Shown: positions 10,835 through 23,800 of the stretch, piece after piece | Layout: every line of letters begins with the position of its first letter | How positions within the stretch are numbered: the first letter of the stretch is position 1 | From: Octopus sinensis | Taxonomy: Eukaryota | Reading direction: 5' to 3' | DNA: 64,000 nucleotides | Assembly (NCBI RefSeq): GCF_006345805.1 | Contig: NC_042999.1 | Coordinates: 14,384,001-14,448,000, forward strand | Program-made: the position numbers and the translations under genes | The notes under the pieces: model-generated | What the model saw: only the letters and a program-made list of their open reading frames with translations | Told to the model about the DNA's origin: nothing | Database searches by the model: none

Positions 10835-12401
10835 TAACATGAAACACTCTTGGACAGATTGATATATATATATATGTTTATATATGTGTGTGTGTGTGTG
10901 TCTATAATTATTTTTCTTTAACAAGAATAGAATTGATAGTGACTTTGAAGTTCGGCCTGTTAAACCATCACTGGAGTCTCCAGTACAGTTTGCAACACAT
11001 CTCCATATTCATTATTACATACAATTCTGAAAATCATGCAAATGTGAAACCGGTTAACTGCATGCATTTATATTTTCTACATATTTACATATGTACCATC
11101 ATTATTTAACACTCACTTCTCCATGCCTCCTGCATGGGGCAGAAATAATTGGTTGAGGCAGGTTTTCTACAGCCAGACATCCTTGTTTTTGCTAGCTGAG
11201 GGGACTGGAGAAGTATAAAATAAAGCATCTTGTTCAAGGACACAACTTACCACTGCAAATTGAACTCATGACCTTATAATTGTGAGCTGAATACCCTAAC
11301 CACTTGGCTACCTACCTTCACATATCAGTTATGATACTCACAAAAGAATTGTGACAACCTTATGAATGAATCCAATATACAAATTCGTTACACACACAGT
11401 CTATTGTCTCTGCTCTCTCTCCATTTAATTATTTAATTTTCTGTAGTCTTAGCTTTTTTATCATTCTAATCTCCTTCCCTGCAGCTCCTTCACTTTATTT
11501 ACCATCATTTTTTATTATTTTTTTATTTGGTATTTCTTTCACATTCAGCTCTACTTAATGCTTATTTTTAATCATTTAAAAAAAAGTATTTGTTTTCCTA
11601 TGGTTATTTTTTGTATATTTATATATTTTTATGATGTGTATGTTGGTTTTCATTCATTTAAAACTATAAATCCAGCTTAATTTGTAGCTTTTATACACTC
11701 TTGGCATGATATGAGTTTTACATGCATTTTGAAAGAGAGAGAAAGAGAGAGTGTCTTTCTTGTACTAATATAGTTACTTAGTTACTACCTAAAGAAAGCT
11801 TGTATGCAGTTGTGTGCCATGCTAGAAATAGCAGCCAAAATTTCCTATCATATTCTACCAATGTGAGAGCTTTGATATGATTTGGATTTGCTTGAAATAG
11901 CAATCAAATCTCCCTCTAATCACATCTTATTGTCTTAAAATAATGAAAGAGTATAACTGATAACATAGTTGTAGATAAACCTTAATAAATTTGGTGGCCA
12001 TGGTTGGATTGCCTTTGATTATAGATCTGCTATTCAATCAATGTCATCTGCTCTTCTGTTTGTACAATGAATTGATTCTGTACTTCTACTAACTTGTTGC
12101 TGTTTAGCCCCAGGTCATCTCTGATCAAGTAACCTATACTCAAAGGCATCATAACTGTGATCGTCACATATTTCGGGTATATTTTTTTTTATGCAAGAAA
12201 TCCAATACTTGATTATCCAGCACGTGTCCTTCTCTATTTTCTCTTTTAAGAAAGTAAGGTAAAATTGAAGGTAATTTAGCTGCTGTTTCTAACAGACTAA
12301 CCAGTCACATAGAGATTATGTTGCCAGCTTCTACTGATCTACTTCAACCCTTCAGCATTCAGAATGTTCTGTGAAATGTAATGCTTATTTATTCCCATTA
12401 A

Positions 12402-12622
12402 CCCTTTCATTACTGTATTTATTTTGAGATGCTCTGTGTTTCTTTCAATTATTTTAAATATAATAAAGAATTCAGTAAAATAACTTACTTATCATTAAGC
12501 TAGTGTTACGAACATAAATTGCAACTAAAGTTTGGTGGAAGATTTTAATGAAAAACTTATGAAAACAAAACATTAATACTACAGAGCCAGAGCCGTTTTT
12601 GGCCAGGCTGGTAATGAAAGGG
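12402..12622. mobile_element. piggyBac-type MITE, 221 bp
   Basis: TTAA|ccctttcattac ... gtaatgaaaggg|TTAA: perfect 12-bp TIRs and TTAA TSD. Confidence 0.85.
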
Positions 12623-12789
12623 TTAATCATGAATTAATCTTGAATTATCTTGTAGCTTCAAGATTCCGATGACATGGTTATTATTTTTAGAATGGCATTG
12701 TAGGGTGGGTGTGAAGGGCCAGATTTGTCCAGTTTAAACATAAAGCAGTAGAATATTTTAGCTGGATATGAAATCAAATCTGATGACTG

Positions 12790-13245
12790 GCATCTGTGCT
12801 AGTGGAGCGCTAAGAGTACCATCTGAGCGTGATCGTTGCCAGAGCAACGAACTGGCTTCCATGTCGGTGGCACATAAAAAGCACCATTTGAGCGTGATCA
12901 TTATCTGCATCGCCTTACTGGCACTTGTGCTAGTGGAACGTGAAAAAACATTCAAGCGAGGTCGTTGCCAGTGCCACTGGACTGGCTCCTGAGCAGGTGG
13001 CACATAAAAAGCACCATTTGAGCATGGCCGTTGCCAGTACTGCCTGACTGGCCCTCATGCCAGTGGCACATAAAAGTATCCACTACACTCTCGGAGTGGT
13101 TGGAGTTAGGAAGGGCGTCCAGCTGTAGAAACTCTACCAGATCAGATTGGAGCCTGGTGCAGCCATCTGGTTCGCCAGACCCCAGTTGAACCGTCCAATC
13201 CATGCTAGGATGGAAAGCAGACATTAAATGATGATGAGGAGGAGG
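12790..13245 (+). mobile_element. SINE family C, long copy with internal ~65-bp repeats
   Basis: Four gagcgtg..cgttgccag..gtggcac units, then the family C tail and gatgatgag. Confidence 0.85.
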
Positions 13246-13720
13246 ATTGTCATTCAAGGGTTAAAGTGTATGTTGATGACTTTGCTTCGCTGTGTTTTTC
13301 TCTGTACGAATGTGAGATATGATGTTCCATTTCAGTCAATCATTAATTACTTATTACTCAATCTCATCAATGTATGTAATGATTAGGACAACAAAGGGAT
13401 TCTCTGAATCAGGGCCCTTAGCTGCAGGTGAAATTCCGCCCACTTTCAAATTTGAAATCACCTGCTAAGCTTTAAGATCAAAACAATAATTTAAATAAGC
13501 TTCATATCCTATAATTATGTGAAATTAAAGATTAATTTTCTCAGTACACATGTACTTTACAAGTCCTTATACACTTTTAGTTCACTCCTGGTTTTCACAG
13601 TTGCTCCCATTTGTGAATTTGTTTACAAAATCAAAAACAACATATCACCCATGACTTTTGGAAACACTTCTTCACACTGAGAATTGTCAAAGTATGGAAG
13701 AAAAAAGCTGAAGAAGTAAA

Positions 13721-14122
13721 GGCTCATAGCCTAATGGCTAGGATGCTGCACTTTCAATCACAAGACTGTGGTTTCGATTCTTGGACCAGGTAGTGCTTTG
13801 TGTTCTTGAGCAAAGCATTACTTCAGTCCATTCAGCTGTAAACAAGTAATCCTTTGAGAAACTGGCATACTGCTCAGGGGGAAATGTTGTGATCATGGTC
13901 ACTTTATTTGCCATGGGAACTAGGTAACTGGGTTTATTAGTTTTAGGACTTAAGATAGTAATGTCCAGCAGTTTATGATGATTAATTGTCAGCTGTTAAG
14001 GTATGCAGAGTGACTGCTGGTCTTCTAGAAACAACCTTGCCTGGACTTGTGCCTCAGAAGGTAACTTTCTAGGTGCGATTCCATGTTCATTCACGACTGA
14101 AAGGGGTCTTTACCCTTTTACC
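13721..14122 (+). mobile_element. SINE family D (tRNA-like head), decayed
   Basis: A-box-like tagcctaatggctagg and B-box-like ggtttcgattc; related heads on the minus strand at 11210-11325 and 14420-14534. Confidence 0.55.
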
Positions 14123-14291
14123 CAGCTCTATCAGTTAATTGTTGTAGATCCCAGTAGTATGTCTTTCCCAATGTGTAATTGCTGCTGTTAGTTTTTGTCA
14201 GAAGACCAATAATGGAGAACACTTTGTGCTGTCAATAAATTTTCTTTCAAATGTTCATGAGTGTTGTTAATTACTTCTACCTCAAAACAGT

Positions 14292-14534
14292 TCCTTCCCG
14301 AGTCATATAGATTCATAGGGGCCAGTTTCCTGGTTTCCATGGTATATATATTCACCACCTGGATGGGACACTAGTCACCACAGGATTACGCACTTTTACC
14401 AGCTGAGTGGACTAGAGCTTTGTGAAATTAAGTGTTTTGCTCAAGAATAGAATGCATCGCCTGGCCCAGGAATCGAAACTACAATCTTATGATCATGAGT
14501 CCAACACCCTAACCACTAAGCTATGTGCCTCCAC
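14292..14534 (-). mobile_element. SINE family D
   Basis: rc head gtggaggcacatagcttagtggttagggtgttggactcatgatc..gtttcgattcc. Confidence 0.65.
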
Positions 14535-15910
14535 GATTACTTCTCCAAGCAGTCCTATAAATAAATTTTCAATCCCCAGCAGCAAACAACTACTTGTGAT
14601 ATGTAAGAAATACTGCGAGGTATTTTTGTCCCCTATTCCAGTGATTCGGCCAATTCTTTGCCACATAGAATAACAATTATTGTTTCAAATTTTGGTACAA
14701 GGCCAGCACTTTCAGAAGAGGAGGTTAGTCAATTACATCAACTCCAGTACTCTACTGGTATTTTATTTTGTTAGACTCAGAGGGACAAAATGGCAAAGTC
14801 AAGCTTGATGAGTCACAAATTTTGGGAAGAAGGTTAGCAGATCAAATCAAACACAAAACTTGGCTTGGTGTTTTAATTCATCAATCTCAAAAATATGAAA
14901 AGCAAAGATAAACTTTGGTGAGATTTGAACTCATTTCATAGAAATTTGGATGTAAAAAGCCACAAGAAAATACTGCAAGGCAGTTCATCTGATGTTTTAA
15001 CAATTCTGCCAATAATAATCTCTATTCAGTGAGAAATGGTAACAATGAAAGAGCTTGAATATAAGAGGCAAACCTTTGTGGCAAGGGATTCTTCAGTGTT
15101 AGCATTCCTTAGTAATTCAGCTGTTATGTTACCAACACACTTAATACAACCAACATATAGACACCCTAAGCCTAAGGATTAAGAAAAATAACAGAACAAA
15201 ACTAACAAAAACTGGTGACTTATCATCACTCTACCTAATATTAGCAACATACTATCACCACTCAGCCTATCAGATTACAATATTTGCATTATAGATGTCT
15301 CCAGAAAATATCTTCTGTAGATTATTTCTCGAGAAATATTATTAATAAACTGAATGTAAATCTGTAAAATCGGAAATCCTTGACAAGGGGACAAACAAGA
15401 TTTGTTTGTTGACCTTGCGGTAAACAATTTGTGATTAGTTACAAGAGAAAATCTAGGTGACGTTTCAAGTCGTAAGAGGGTGGAGGAATAGTATTTCTCG
15501 TTATAATTAGCTGAAAAGTATTTAGTGTGGAACTAACCGTCTTGTTGAGAATGCAAGGAGGTTGTTTTTGTTGTTTTATATTTTTAACTAGCTTTCTCCT
15601 TTCTCTTTCGTTCTTTCTTACTTTCTTTCCTTCTTTTTGCTTTTCTTTCACTCTATAGATCCAAGAAATAGAACAGAAAAATATATATCTTCTTTTACCT
15701 GTTTCAGTCATTAGACTGTGGGCCATGCTGGGGCATTAACTTGTTGGGTTTAGCTGAATAAATCGATCACAGTATTTATTCTTAAGTCCACTACTTATTC
15801 TATTGGTCTACTTTGCCAAACCACTAAGTTATAGGGATGTAAGCAAACCAACATCAGTTTTCAAGTAGTGACCTGGTAACAAACACAACACAAAGGCACA
15901 TACATATATA

Positions 15911-15983
<73 letters not shown>

Positions 15984-17431
15984 TTCGATTTGAAAACCCC
16001 ACTAGAATGGGAGAAAGATCTAATATATGATATAAGTTATATGATGTATAAAAACATGTAATATACATCCAAATTTCTGAGCACCTCATTTCTTCTAATA
16101 TAAAATACCTGTACATCACCTCCAAACCATCTAATATATATATATATATGTATGTATGTCCACTTATATATACAATGGACTTCCACTGGATTTTTGTCTA
16201 CAAGATGCACTCACAAGGCATTGGTCATCCCAGGGCCATAATATAAGTCACTTTCTCAAGATGCTGCCCAGTAGGACTGAACCCAAGATCATGTGGTTGC
16301 AAAGCAAGCCTCTTAATCACAGAGCCATTTTCTGTGCCTCTGTATAAAATACAAACACCCACATACTTTCATTTGAAATTTTCAAATAGATTCACAAATA
16401 GATTTCTTGGTTGAATTTCTCATTTGAGTATATGCAGCAATGTGCATGCATACTATGCACATGTATGTGTATATATACACATACAAACATGAAGACATCC
16501 ACATGTACATAAATATAAATATATATGTACATATATATATAGAGAGAGAGGGGGGAGAGAAAATATACAAGTTTCTGTCATATTAATATATATATTAATG
16601 TACATGTGTTTATGTATGTATATTTGGGTATGTATACACGTACACAAACATATACGTATTAATATACATACACACAGAAGCACATATGTAAACATGGAAA
16701 ATGCATGTGTATGCTCTCCATGGTATATCTAAGTTCCTCCAAATGAAATATTTAATCACCAAGATTAAATATTGCTAATTAGGCTGAATTACTAATTAGG
16801 AATTAAAAGCTGTGACCAATGTCTATGAAATGAAATAAATAGAAAATGAAAGATTAATACATTCATATGGAGAAAGTATACACTAAATACATACACACAC
16901 ACATATATGTATGTATATATATATATTTATATATATTTATACACACACACACAAGGGAGTGAGAGAAACATATACAGGAGAACCCTCCACCACCACAATA
17001 ATTATAGGTGTGTGTGTTTGTGTATGTATATGCATGCATTTATACATAAAAGCTTGTATATGTCTATATATGTGTGTGTGTGTATATATATATATATAGG
17101 CACATATACACATAATATACATACACATAAATATACAGGTGTATATATGCTCACTTATACATTTTCATACAGTTACATATACACATATATATGTACATTC
17201 GTTTTTCACATTATCATAGAAATATATGTGCATGCATGAACATGTATATACATATATACACACACACATATGTGTATAAATATGCATATATGTATATTTA
17301 TAAATACGCACAGAAATATACATGGTTCTGGGTTCAGTCCCTCTGCAGAGTACCTTGCCTCTTCCACTATTGCCTCAGGTCGACTAAAGCTTTGTGAGTG
17401 AATTTGAAAGATGAAAACTGAAAGAAGAGAA

Positions 17432-17482
<51 letters not shown>

Positions 17483-17517
17483 GGAGGTAAACACACACAC
17501 AGATACAGTGATGAAAT

Positions 17518-18006
17518 GATTCGAACTTAGAGTCTGATGTCTTACAGGGGATCAATTCCTTGGGGTACAAAATGGCTATGAGGGGGATCAAGCTTGAGCA
17601 GATATAGAGGCAATTATGTGGATAAACAAATTAGATATATGAAATATAACCGTTTGGGTATGAAATACAAACTGCTATATTTAATATATTTAATTCGTTT
17701 ATCTGCTTAATTGCTTCCATGTCTGCTCAACTTGATCTCTTTTATAGCTATTCTTTACCCCAAGGAATTGATCCTCTGTAAGACATCGGACTCTAAGTTC
17801 AAATCGTTTGAGTATTACTGTCGTTAGCTCCTACACACATTTTTTTCTCTCCTTGTTTCTTTTCTTTGTATATTTCTGTTGAAGAGCATAGGCTCGAAAC
17901 GTAAAAGACTTGTTCTATTTCTATTCCTGAGCGCCATACTAATACATTTGTTTGTTTGTACTCCACCTGCCTTCATCTTTTGTTTATTTTCGTAAACCTT
18001 CCCGTT
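17518..18006 (+). mobile_element. PLE-like 3' fragment with inverted 5' duplication (fold-back)
   Basis: Arms 17518-17633 and 17691-17805 are reverse complements. The right arm runs on into a hammerhead-like core at 17873-17906 and ends in (TA)n. Confidence 0.6.
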
Positions 18007-18074
18007 ATATATATATATATATTTATATTTAAATATACATACACACACACGCACATATATAATAATAATAATAA

Positions 18075-18318
18075 TTGTGTACAGTGCTCAGGTGCACTAC
18101 AACTCATCTAAAGTGTATATATAATCAGGTGTAGTTTTGGCGGATTTCGGAAAGCATGAGGGCCTTAAAGGATGCAGTGTCATGGCAGTCAACAACTGAC
18201 GCAGGCAGTTTATTCCATGCTTCAACAACTCTGAGCGTGAAAAAATGTTTCCGAAAGTCATGGGAGCTGTGTTGTTTTCTGACTTTGTAGGCATGTCCAC
18301 GTGTGTTAGACACATGGA
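18075..18318 (-). mobile_element. CR1-clade LINE 3' end (RT C-terminal remnant)
   Basis: ORF 18125-18313 NTRGHAYKVRKQHSSHDFRKHFFTLRVVEAWNKLPASVVDCHDTASFKALM carries the typical CR1 C-terminal TRGH..FF..RVV..WN.LP..FK motif. Confidence 0.88.
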
Positions 18319-18399
18319 GATATCATTATTGAATAAACATTGTTGAATAGACTATGCTTGAGAAGACCTGTTGGGTCAAATGAAATCATTGTCATAGCC

Positions 18400-18846
18400 G
18401 ATTCCAATGCCGCTTGACCAGCACCCGTGCCAGCAGCACGTAAAAGGCACCCACTACCCTTTCAAAGTGGTTGGCGTTAGGAAGGGCATCAAGCTGTAGA
18501 AACCTTGTCAGATCAGATTGGAGCCTGGTGCAGCCTTCTGGCTTGTCGGTCCTGAGTTAAACCGTCCAACCCATGCCAGCATGGAAAGCAGACGTTAACC
18601 AGTGATGATGATGATGAGAGTGTGTATCTTTGTGTCTGTGTTTGTCCTCCACTGCCGCTTGACAACCAGTGTTGTTGTGTTTACATCCCCACAACTTAGT
18701 GGTTCGGCAAAAGACACTGATAGAATAAGTACTAGGCTTTACAAATAATAAGTCCTGGGTTTGATTCGTTCAACAAAAATTTTTCAAGGCAGTGCACCAG
18801 CATGGCCACAGTCTAATAACTAAAACAAGTAAAAGATAAAATATAA
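18400..18846 (+). mobile_element. SINE family C followed directly by a SINE family A 3' half
   Basis: Family C tail to (gat)n at ~18616, then gtgtctgtgtttgtcctcc..agcatggccacagtctaataactaaaacaagtaaaag. Confidence 0.75.
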
Positions 18847-18972
18847 AGATACATTTACATATGTGTGTGTATATACATGTGCTATATACAGAAATGTATG
18901 AACATGTATGTATACATATGTATATGATGAATATGAACTATGCACCTACAATACAACACCCACACACACACA

Positions 18973-19234
18973 CAGGTGATGCTCCAGCATGGCCAAGTCC
19001 AGTGGCTGAAACTAGGAAATGAATGAAAAATACTCATGCTCACACACACACACACAGGTGATGCTCCAGCATGGCCAAGTCCAGTGGCTGAAACTAGGAA
19101 ATGAATGAAAATACGCATGCTCTCTCTCTCTCTTTCTCTCTCTCTCTCACACACACACACACATAGGTGATACCCCCCAGCATGGCCAAAGTCCAATGGC
19201 TGAAACTAGGAAATGAATGAAAAATACTCATGCC

Positions 19235-19291
<57 letters not shown>

Positions 19292-19362
19292 ATAGAGGTG
19301 ATGCCCCAGCATGGCCAAAGTCCAATGGCTGAAACTAGGAAATGAATGAAAAATACTCATGC
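18973..19362 (+). repeat. Four tandem copies of a ~65-bp SINE-A-like tail separated by variable (CA)n/(CT)n
   Basis: aggtgatgctccagcatggccaagtccagtggctgaaactaggaaatgaatgaaaaatactcatgc at ~18974, 19056, 19165 and 19296. Confidence 0.85.
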
Positions 19363-20595
19363 TCACACACACACACACACACCACACACACACACACACA
19401 AATACCTACATGCATGCACACTTACATGTCCAAATATAAATGCTTTTGTTTACTATGTCCTTGTGACTTGCATGTGCACTCATGTGTATATACATATGAA
19501 GCGAGAAAGAAAAAGAGAGAGCGAGTAGGAGAAAGAGAGAGAACATCAGAAACTCTCTCCCCTCCTCCTCCTCTCTCTCACTCTATACAGCTGTTGTTTT
19601 GGTCTGCCCCAGCAACATGGCACACAGCCTAAAAATTAGATTCAACCTTCTTAGATCTCTACAGCTCTAATTTTCTCAAGGTTAAGTGAAAAAAAAAGAA
19701 GGTAAAGGTATATAGAAAGCACATATATTTGTGTGTGTGTATGTGTGTATATATATATATATATGTATATATATATAATATTCATACACACACTTACACA
19801 TTCATATGTATATAGACTCATATTCATACAAACACCCACATTTTATTGGAGTGTTTGCAAGTTGCAGTATTTTTTCACATGGCAAATATCCCATGTTTCA
19901 GTACATTTCTATGATATTATTTGCTATTCTTCTGTTGGACTAATCTTTCATCTGTAATTCTTTCATATTTCATTTTATCATTTCATGCTATATATTTAAA
20001 AGGGTTTTGTTTTTTTCTTTTTTTAGCATCACCTTCTTTTTCTATCATGTTAGAACATGTTAGTTTTTTTTATATATTTATTCTCTTGTATGTTAAAAAA
20101 AAATAAGGTAAAAAAATATACCAAAAGTTATCAACAAAAAAATGTATAATTTATACAATACAAACAGTATATTTGAGAGATATTTAATTACATTGCATTC
20201 TTAATACTTAGTAGTGATGTATTCACATAAAACTCAGATCAAAACAAACATGTTTTTCTTGTATTGTTAAGGTTGTTTTGTGACTCTGGGCAATCTTGAT
20301 TAAGCCGACCTATCACAAGTATATAATCAGTTGAATGACTATGTACAATCCACTGATCCATTGTTCCAGATATTAAAGTGACTCCATCTACTGGACACTT
20401 TAGTATGCATTGGTTTATCATATGTGTGGTGGGTGCAGTGTTGCCATGTAAGCAAGTTATCTTTTGTCCTACATCTTTTATGTCATTTTTCCTTGGCTTT
20501 AGGTTTTGTAGTTCTATCTGTTGTTCTCCTGCACTTGCTTCTGCCAGAATGTATCCACTGGTGTATTTAAAAGAGGGATAAGGGTATGGTCCACT

Positions 20596-21010
20596 GCAAT
20601 GAGCTGGCAGAAACGTTAGCACGCCGGGCAAAATGCTTTGCGGTATTTCGTCTGCTGCTACATTCTGAGTTCAAATTCTGCCGAGGTCGACTTTGCCTTT
20701 CATCGTCTCAGGGTCAATTAAATAAGTACCAGTTACGCACTGGGGTCGGATGTAATCGACTTAATACCTATGTCTGTCCTTGTTTGTCCTCTCTGTGTTT
20801 AGCCCCTTGTGGGTAGTAAAGAAATAGGTATTTCGTCTGCTGCTACGTTCTGAGTTCAAATTCCGCCGAGGTTGACTTTGTCTTTCATCCTTTCGGGGTT
20901 GATTAAATAAGTACCAGTTATGCACTGGGGTCAATATAATCAAGTTAATCCGTTTGTCTGTCCTTGTTTGTCCCCTCTGTGTTTAGCCCCTTGTGGGTAG
21001 TAAAGAAATA
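20596..21010 (+). mobile_element. SINE family B dimer with 13-bp TSD
   Basis: TSD ggtatggtccact at 20583-20595 and 21011-21023; internal junction aaatag|gtatttcg at 20827/20828. Confidence 0.9.
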
Positions 21011-21117
21011 GGTATGGTCCACTCTAGGCAGAATTTTGTGAAAATGTGTTGTGGAAGGAAGTAGCAGACTCAAGAACACCCATGTGACACAAACTATAGC
21101 TACATCACGTTACATAC

Positions 21118-21420
21118 ATCATCATCATCCTTATCAGCTCCTTCATCATCATTGTTATCATCATTGTCATCATTTAACACCTATTTTCCATGTTGGCATG
21201 GGTTGGATGGTTCGGCAGGACTTGGCAAGCTGGAGTGCTGCACCAAGCTCCAATTGTCTACTCTGGCAAGGTTTCTACAATTGGATACCCTTCCTAGCAC
21301 CAATCACTTTACAGAGTGTACTGGGTGATTTTTATCAGGCACCATCACAAGTGTTTTTTACGTGTCACCAGCATGGGTGCTTTTTACATGATACCAGCAC
21401 AGAACATGGCACCAGCACAA
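21118..21420 (-). mobile_element. SINE family C
   Basis: (CAT)n and tttaacacctattttccatgttggcatgggttggatgg. Confidence 0.75.
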
Positions 21421-22554
21421 TATTTAGGGCCATTGTTGGCTAACGCTGCTGCTGTATTTGTTTGTATGTAGTTCTTTTTTTTTATCTAGATGGTAACAGC
21501 GGGGTCATGCTTTTAAAGTGATATTGTGTTCTGGGTATTTGCAGTTGTGTTTGAGCATTTAGGGGGTTAGTGTGTATATCATGGCAAGGAATCTGCAGGC
21601 CAGAGCTTGTTAGTTATAATAAACTACTTCTTTACATGTCCAGGTAGTCTTTCATATTTAATATTTTTGTTTCACAGCACTAATGGTTTGTGCACAGCCT
21701 TTGATTATTTAAGATTTACTGGTTTGTGTTTGCGTATAATTTGCTGTGATAAGCCATAGAGAGTTTGGGATCCATGCATGATGAGCATTATCCATGAGGG
21801 ATCAAATGCATTGTTTATTCATGATTGTTTTTGTTTCTTTGTACTTTGTAAATGTGGTCCCTGTAATCACAGTTTGGGATTTTACATGTTAATGTCATGA
21901 TAACCTTGGGGTAGAACTTATATGAGTATATTTACATTTAAGCATCTAAATATACTGGAAACAAATGCAATCCCTATTTATTAACTTAACTCATATCACC
22001 ATCATCGTCAGGGCTGGATTAAGACCCACAAAGACCCTAAGTGCTTAAAAGATATTGATGCCCCCATATGTCTATATAGTTCAAAATATAACAATAATAA
22101 ACTATAATATGAATATTTATTTTTCAAAAAATGTTTATTTTTGTAAACTTTTATTCTATTTATATTTGAAGTTTTCTCCACTTTCTCTTTATTGCAAAGT
22201 CTTTGATCAGATCTTCATTATTATACTGTGAGCACTTTAAAATTATATTTCTGATCATTTAAACTACTTTGAATATCAATTTGGCAAGTTTAAAGTGATT
22301 TCTTTTGTACTGTAAACCATTTACTATTAGATGTTTTCATTGGCCATGCTATATCCTCCATCAGAGGATTTGAACTCAACACTACAGGCTACTGAATCTT
22401 TGACAATATTTGACAAGATAGCCATAAGGATACAGATTTAAGAGGTGGGTATAGTTCATTAAACTAATTCCAGTACTTGCACAGTGGTTGAATTTCTGTT
22501 ACTATATAACTTATTCACCTCAGACTATGTTAGTACGTATGCATGAATTGATTC

Positions 22555-22730
22555 TGCTGCTTTGAATATGTCCTGGAAAGAACACCCTTCCAATGACAAA
22601 TTATACAATAAGCAACCTTAAGTTAAGACTTAGAGAAAAGAGTTTGCTCTATTGGACACTACTGGAGAAGAAAGAATGGGCTGATTTGGGAACCCTACTT
22701 TGGACATCTCAACAGGGTCACGGTGACATT
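22555..22730 (+). mobile_element. RTE/RTE-X LINE C-terminal remnant
   Basis: Frameshifted translation ALNMSWKEHPSNDKLY..RLREK../IGHYWRRKNGLIWEP resembles the RTE-type LNISW..H..N..LY and GH.WR..WEP motifs. Confidence 0.7.
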
Positions 22731-23205
22731 GATCAATTCAGTCAATAAGCCAACAGCTGATGTCACTAAGTAGAACTAGCTAATACCATTGAAGATAAAT
22801 GGGTTGAGGGTCAAGTTTTGAGAAATGAAACAAGCTCAATCCATTGATTCTGGCTTGACTAATAGTTTCACTTTCACTTTAGTGACCCCACAGAAAGACA
22901 AATAACAAAATTTTTACCTTTGGTGAGATTTGAACTCAGGACATAAAGGACCATTTGTGAATATTTTCAGGTATTTTATCCAATAATTAACCAATTTAAC
23001 CAACTACTACTACTATTTGCTTCAGCACTTACTTACAGCTAGCTGTACAAGCTCAATTAAATATTGCTTTGAGAGCATTGACATAAAACAGTGTTGCTAT
23101 TTGGTTAATGGATATACATTATGACATCTTAGGCAAGTTCTACTCTAGACACTGACCTACTAAAGCCATCTGAGTGGATTCAGTTAATGGAAACTGAAAG
23201 AATCA

Positions 23206-23239
<34 letters not shown>

Positions 23240-23652
23240 GACATGCACGTGTGGCTGTGTCGTAAGAAGCTTGCTTCCTAGCCACATACTTCTGGGTCAG
23301 TCCCCTTGCAAGGCATCTTGGGCGTGTGTCGTCTACTATAGCCTTGGGCCAATCAAAGCCTTGTGAGTGGATTTCATAGATGGAAACTGAAAGAAACCCA
23401 TTGTGTGTGTGTGTGGCGAGCTGGCAGAAACGTTAGCGCGCCGGGTGAAATGCGTAGCCGTATTTTGTCTGCCGTTTCGTTCTGAGCTCAAATTCCGCCG
23501 AGGTCGACTTTGCCTTTCATCCTTTCGGGGTCGATTAAATAAGTACCAGTTACGCACTGGGGTCGATATAATCGACTTAATCCGTTTGTCTGTCCTTGTT
23601 TGTCCCCTCTGTGTTTAGCCCCTTGTGGGTAATAAAGAAATAAGTATATATA

Positions 23653-23688
<36 letters not shown>

Positions 23689-23800
23689 TGTATGTGTATG
23701 TCTGTGTTTGTCGCCTCAGCCATCACTTGACAACCAATGCTGGTGAGCTTATATCCCCGTAACTGAGTGGTTCGGCGGCAAAAGAAACTGATAGAATAAG
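23240..23800 (+). mobile_element. SINE family A with a young SINE family B (23415-23645) inserted in its central microsatellite
   Basis: A head 23240-23400; B monomer with CpGs intact; A tail 23690-23800. Confidence 0.85.

Larger units (their letters stand above)
12348..13260. mobile_element. Outer piggyBac-type MITE remnant (CCC..GGG termini) hosting nested insertions
   Basis: Left end tcaa|cccttcagcattc; right end aaggg|ttaa at 13258-13264. The right end is degenerate. Confidence 0.45.

Noticed and set aside
13417-13469. Small hairpin with inverted CAGGTG/CACCTG E-boxes and a 14-bp palindrome
   Set aside because: Short and single-copy here; chance cannot be excluded without conservation data.
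13721-13800. Possible tRNA gene
   Set aside because: Only A/B-box-like motifs, no full cloverleaf, and it continues into a SINE body. The same holds for the family A and B heads.
20239-20631. 130-aa minus-strand ORF in unique A-rich sequence
   Set aside because: Its start lies inside a SINE. ILVIGRLN faintly resembles an APE endonuclease motif, so it may be a decayed LINE together with 21440-21900, but the support is too weak.
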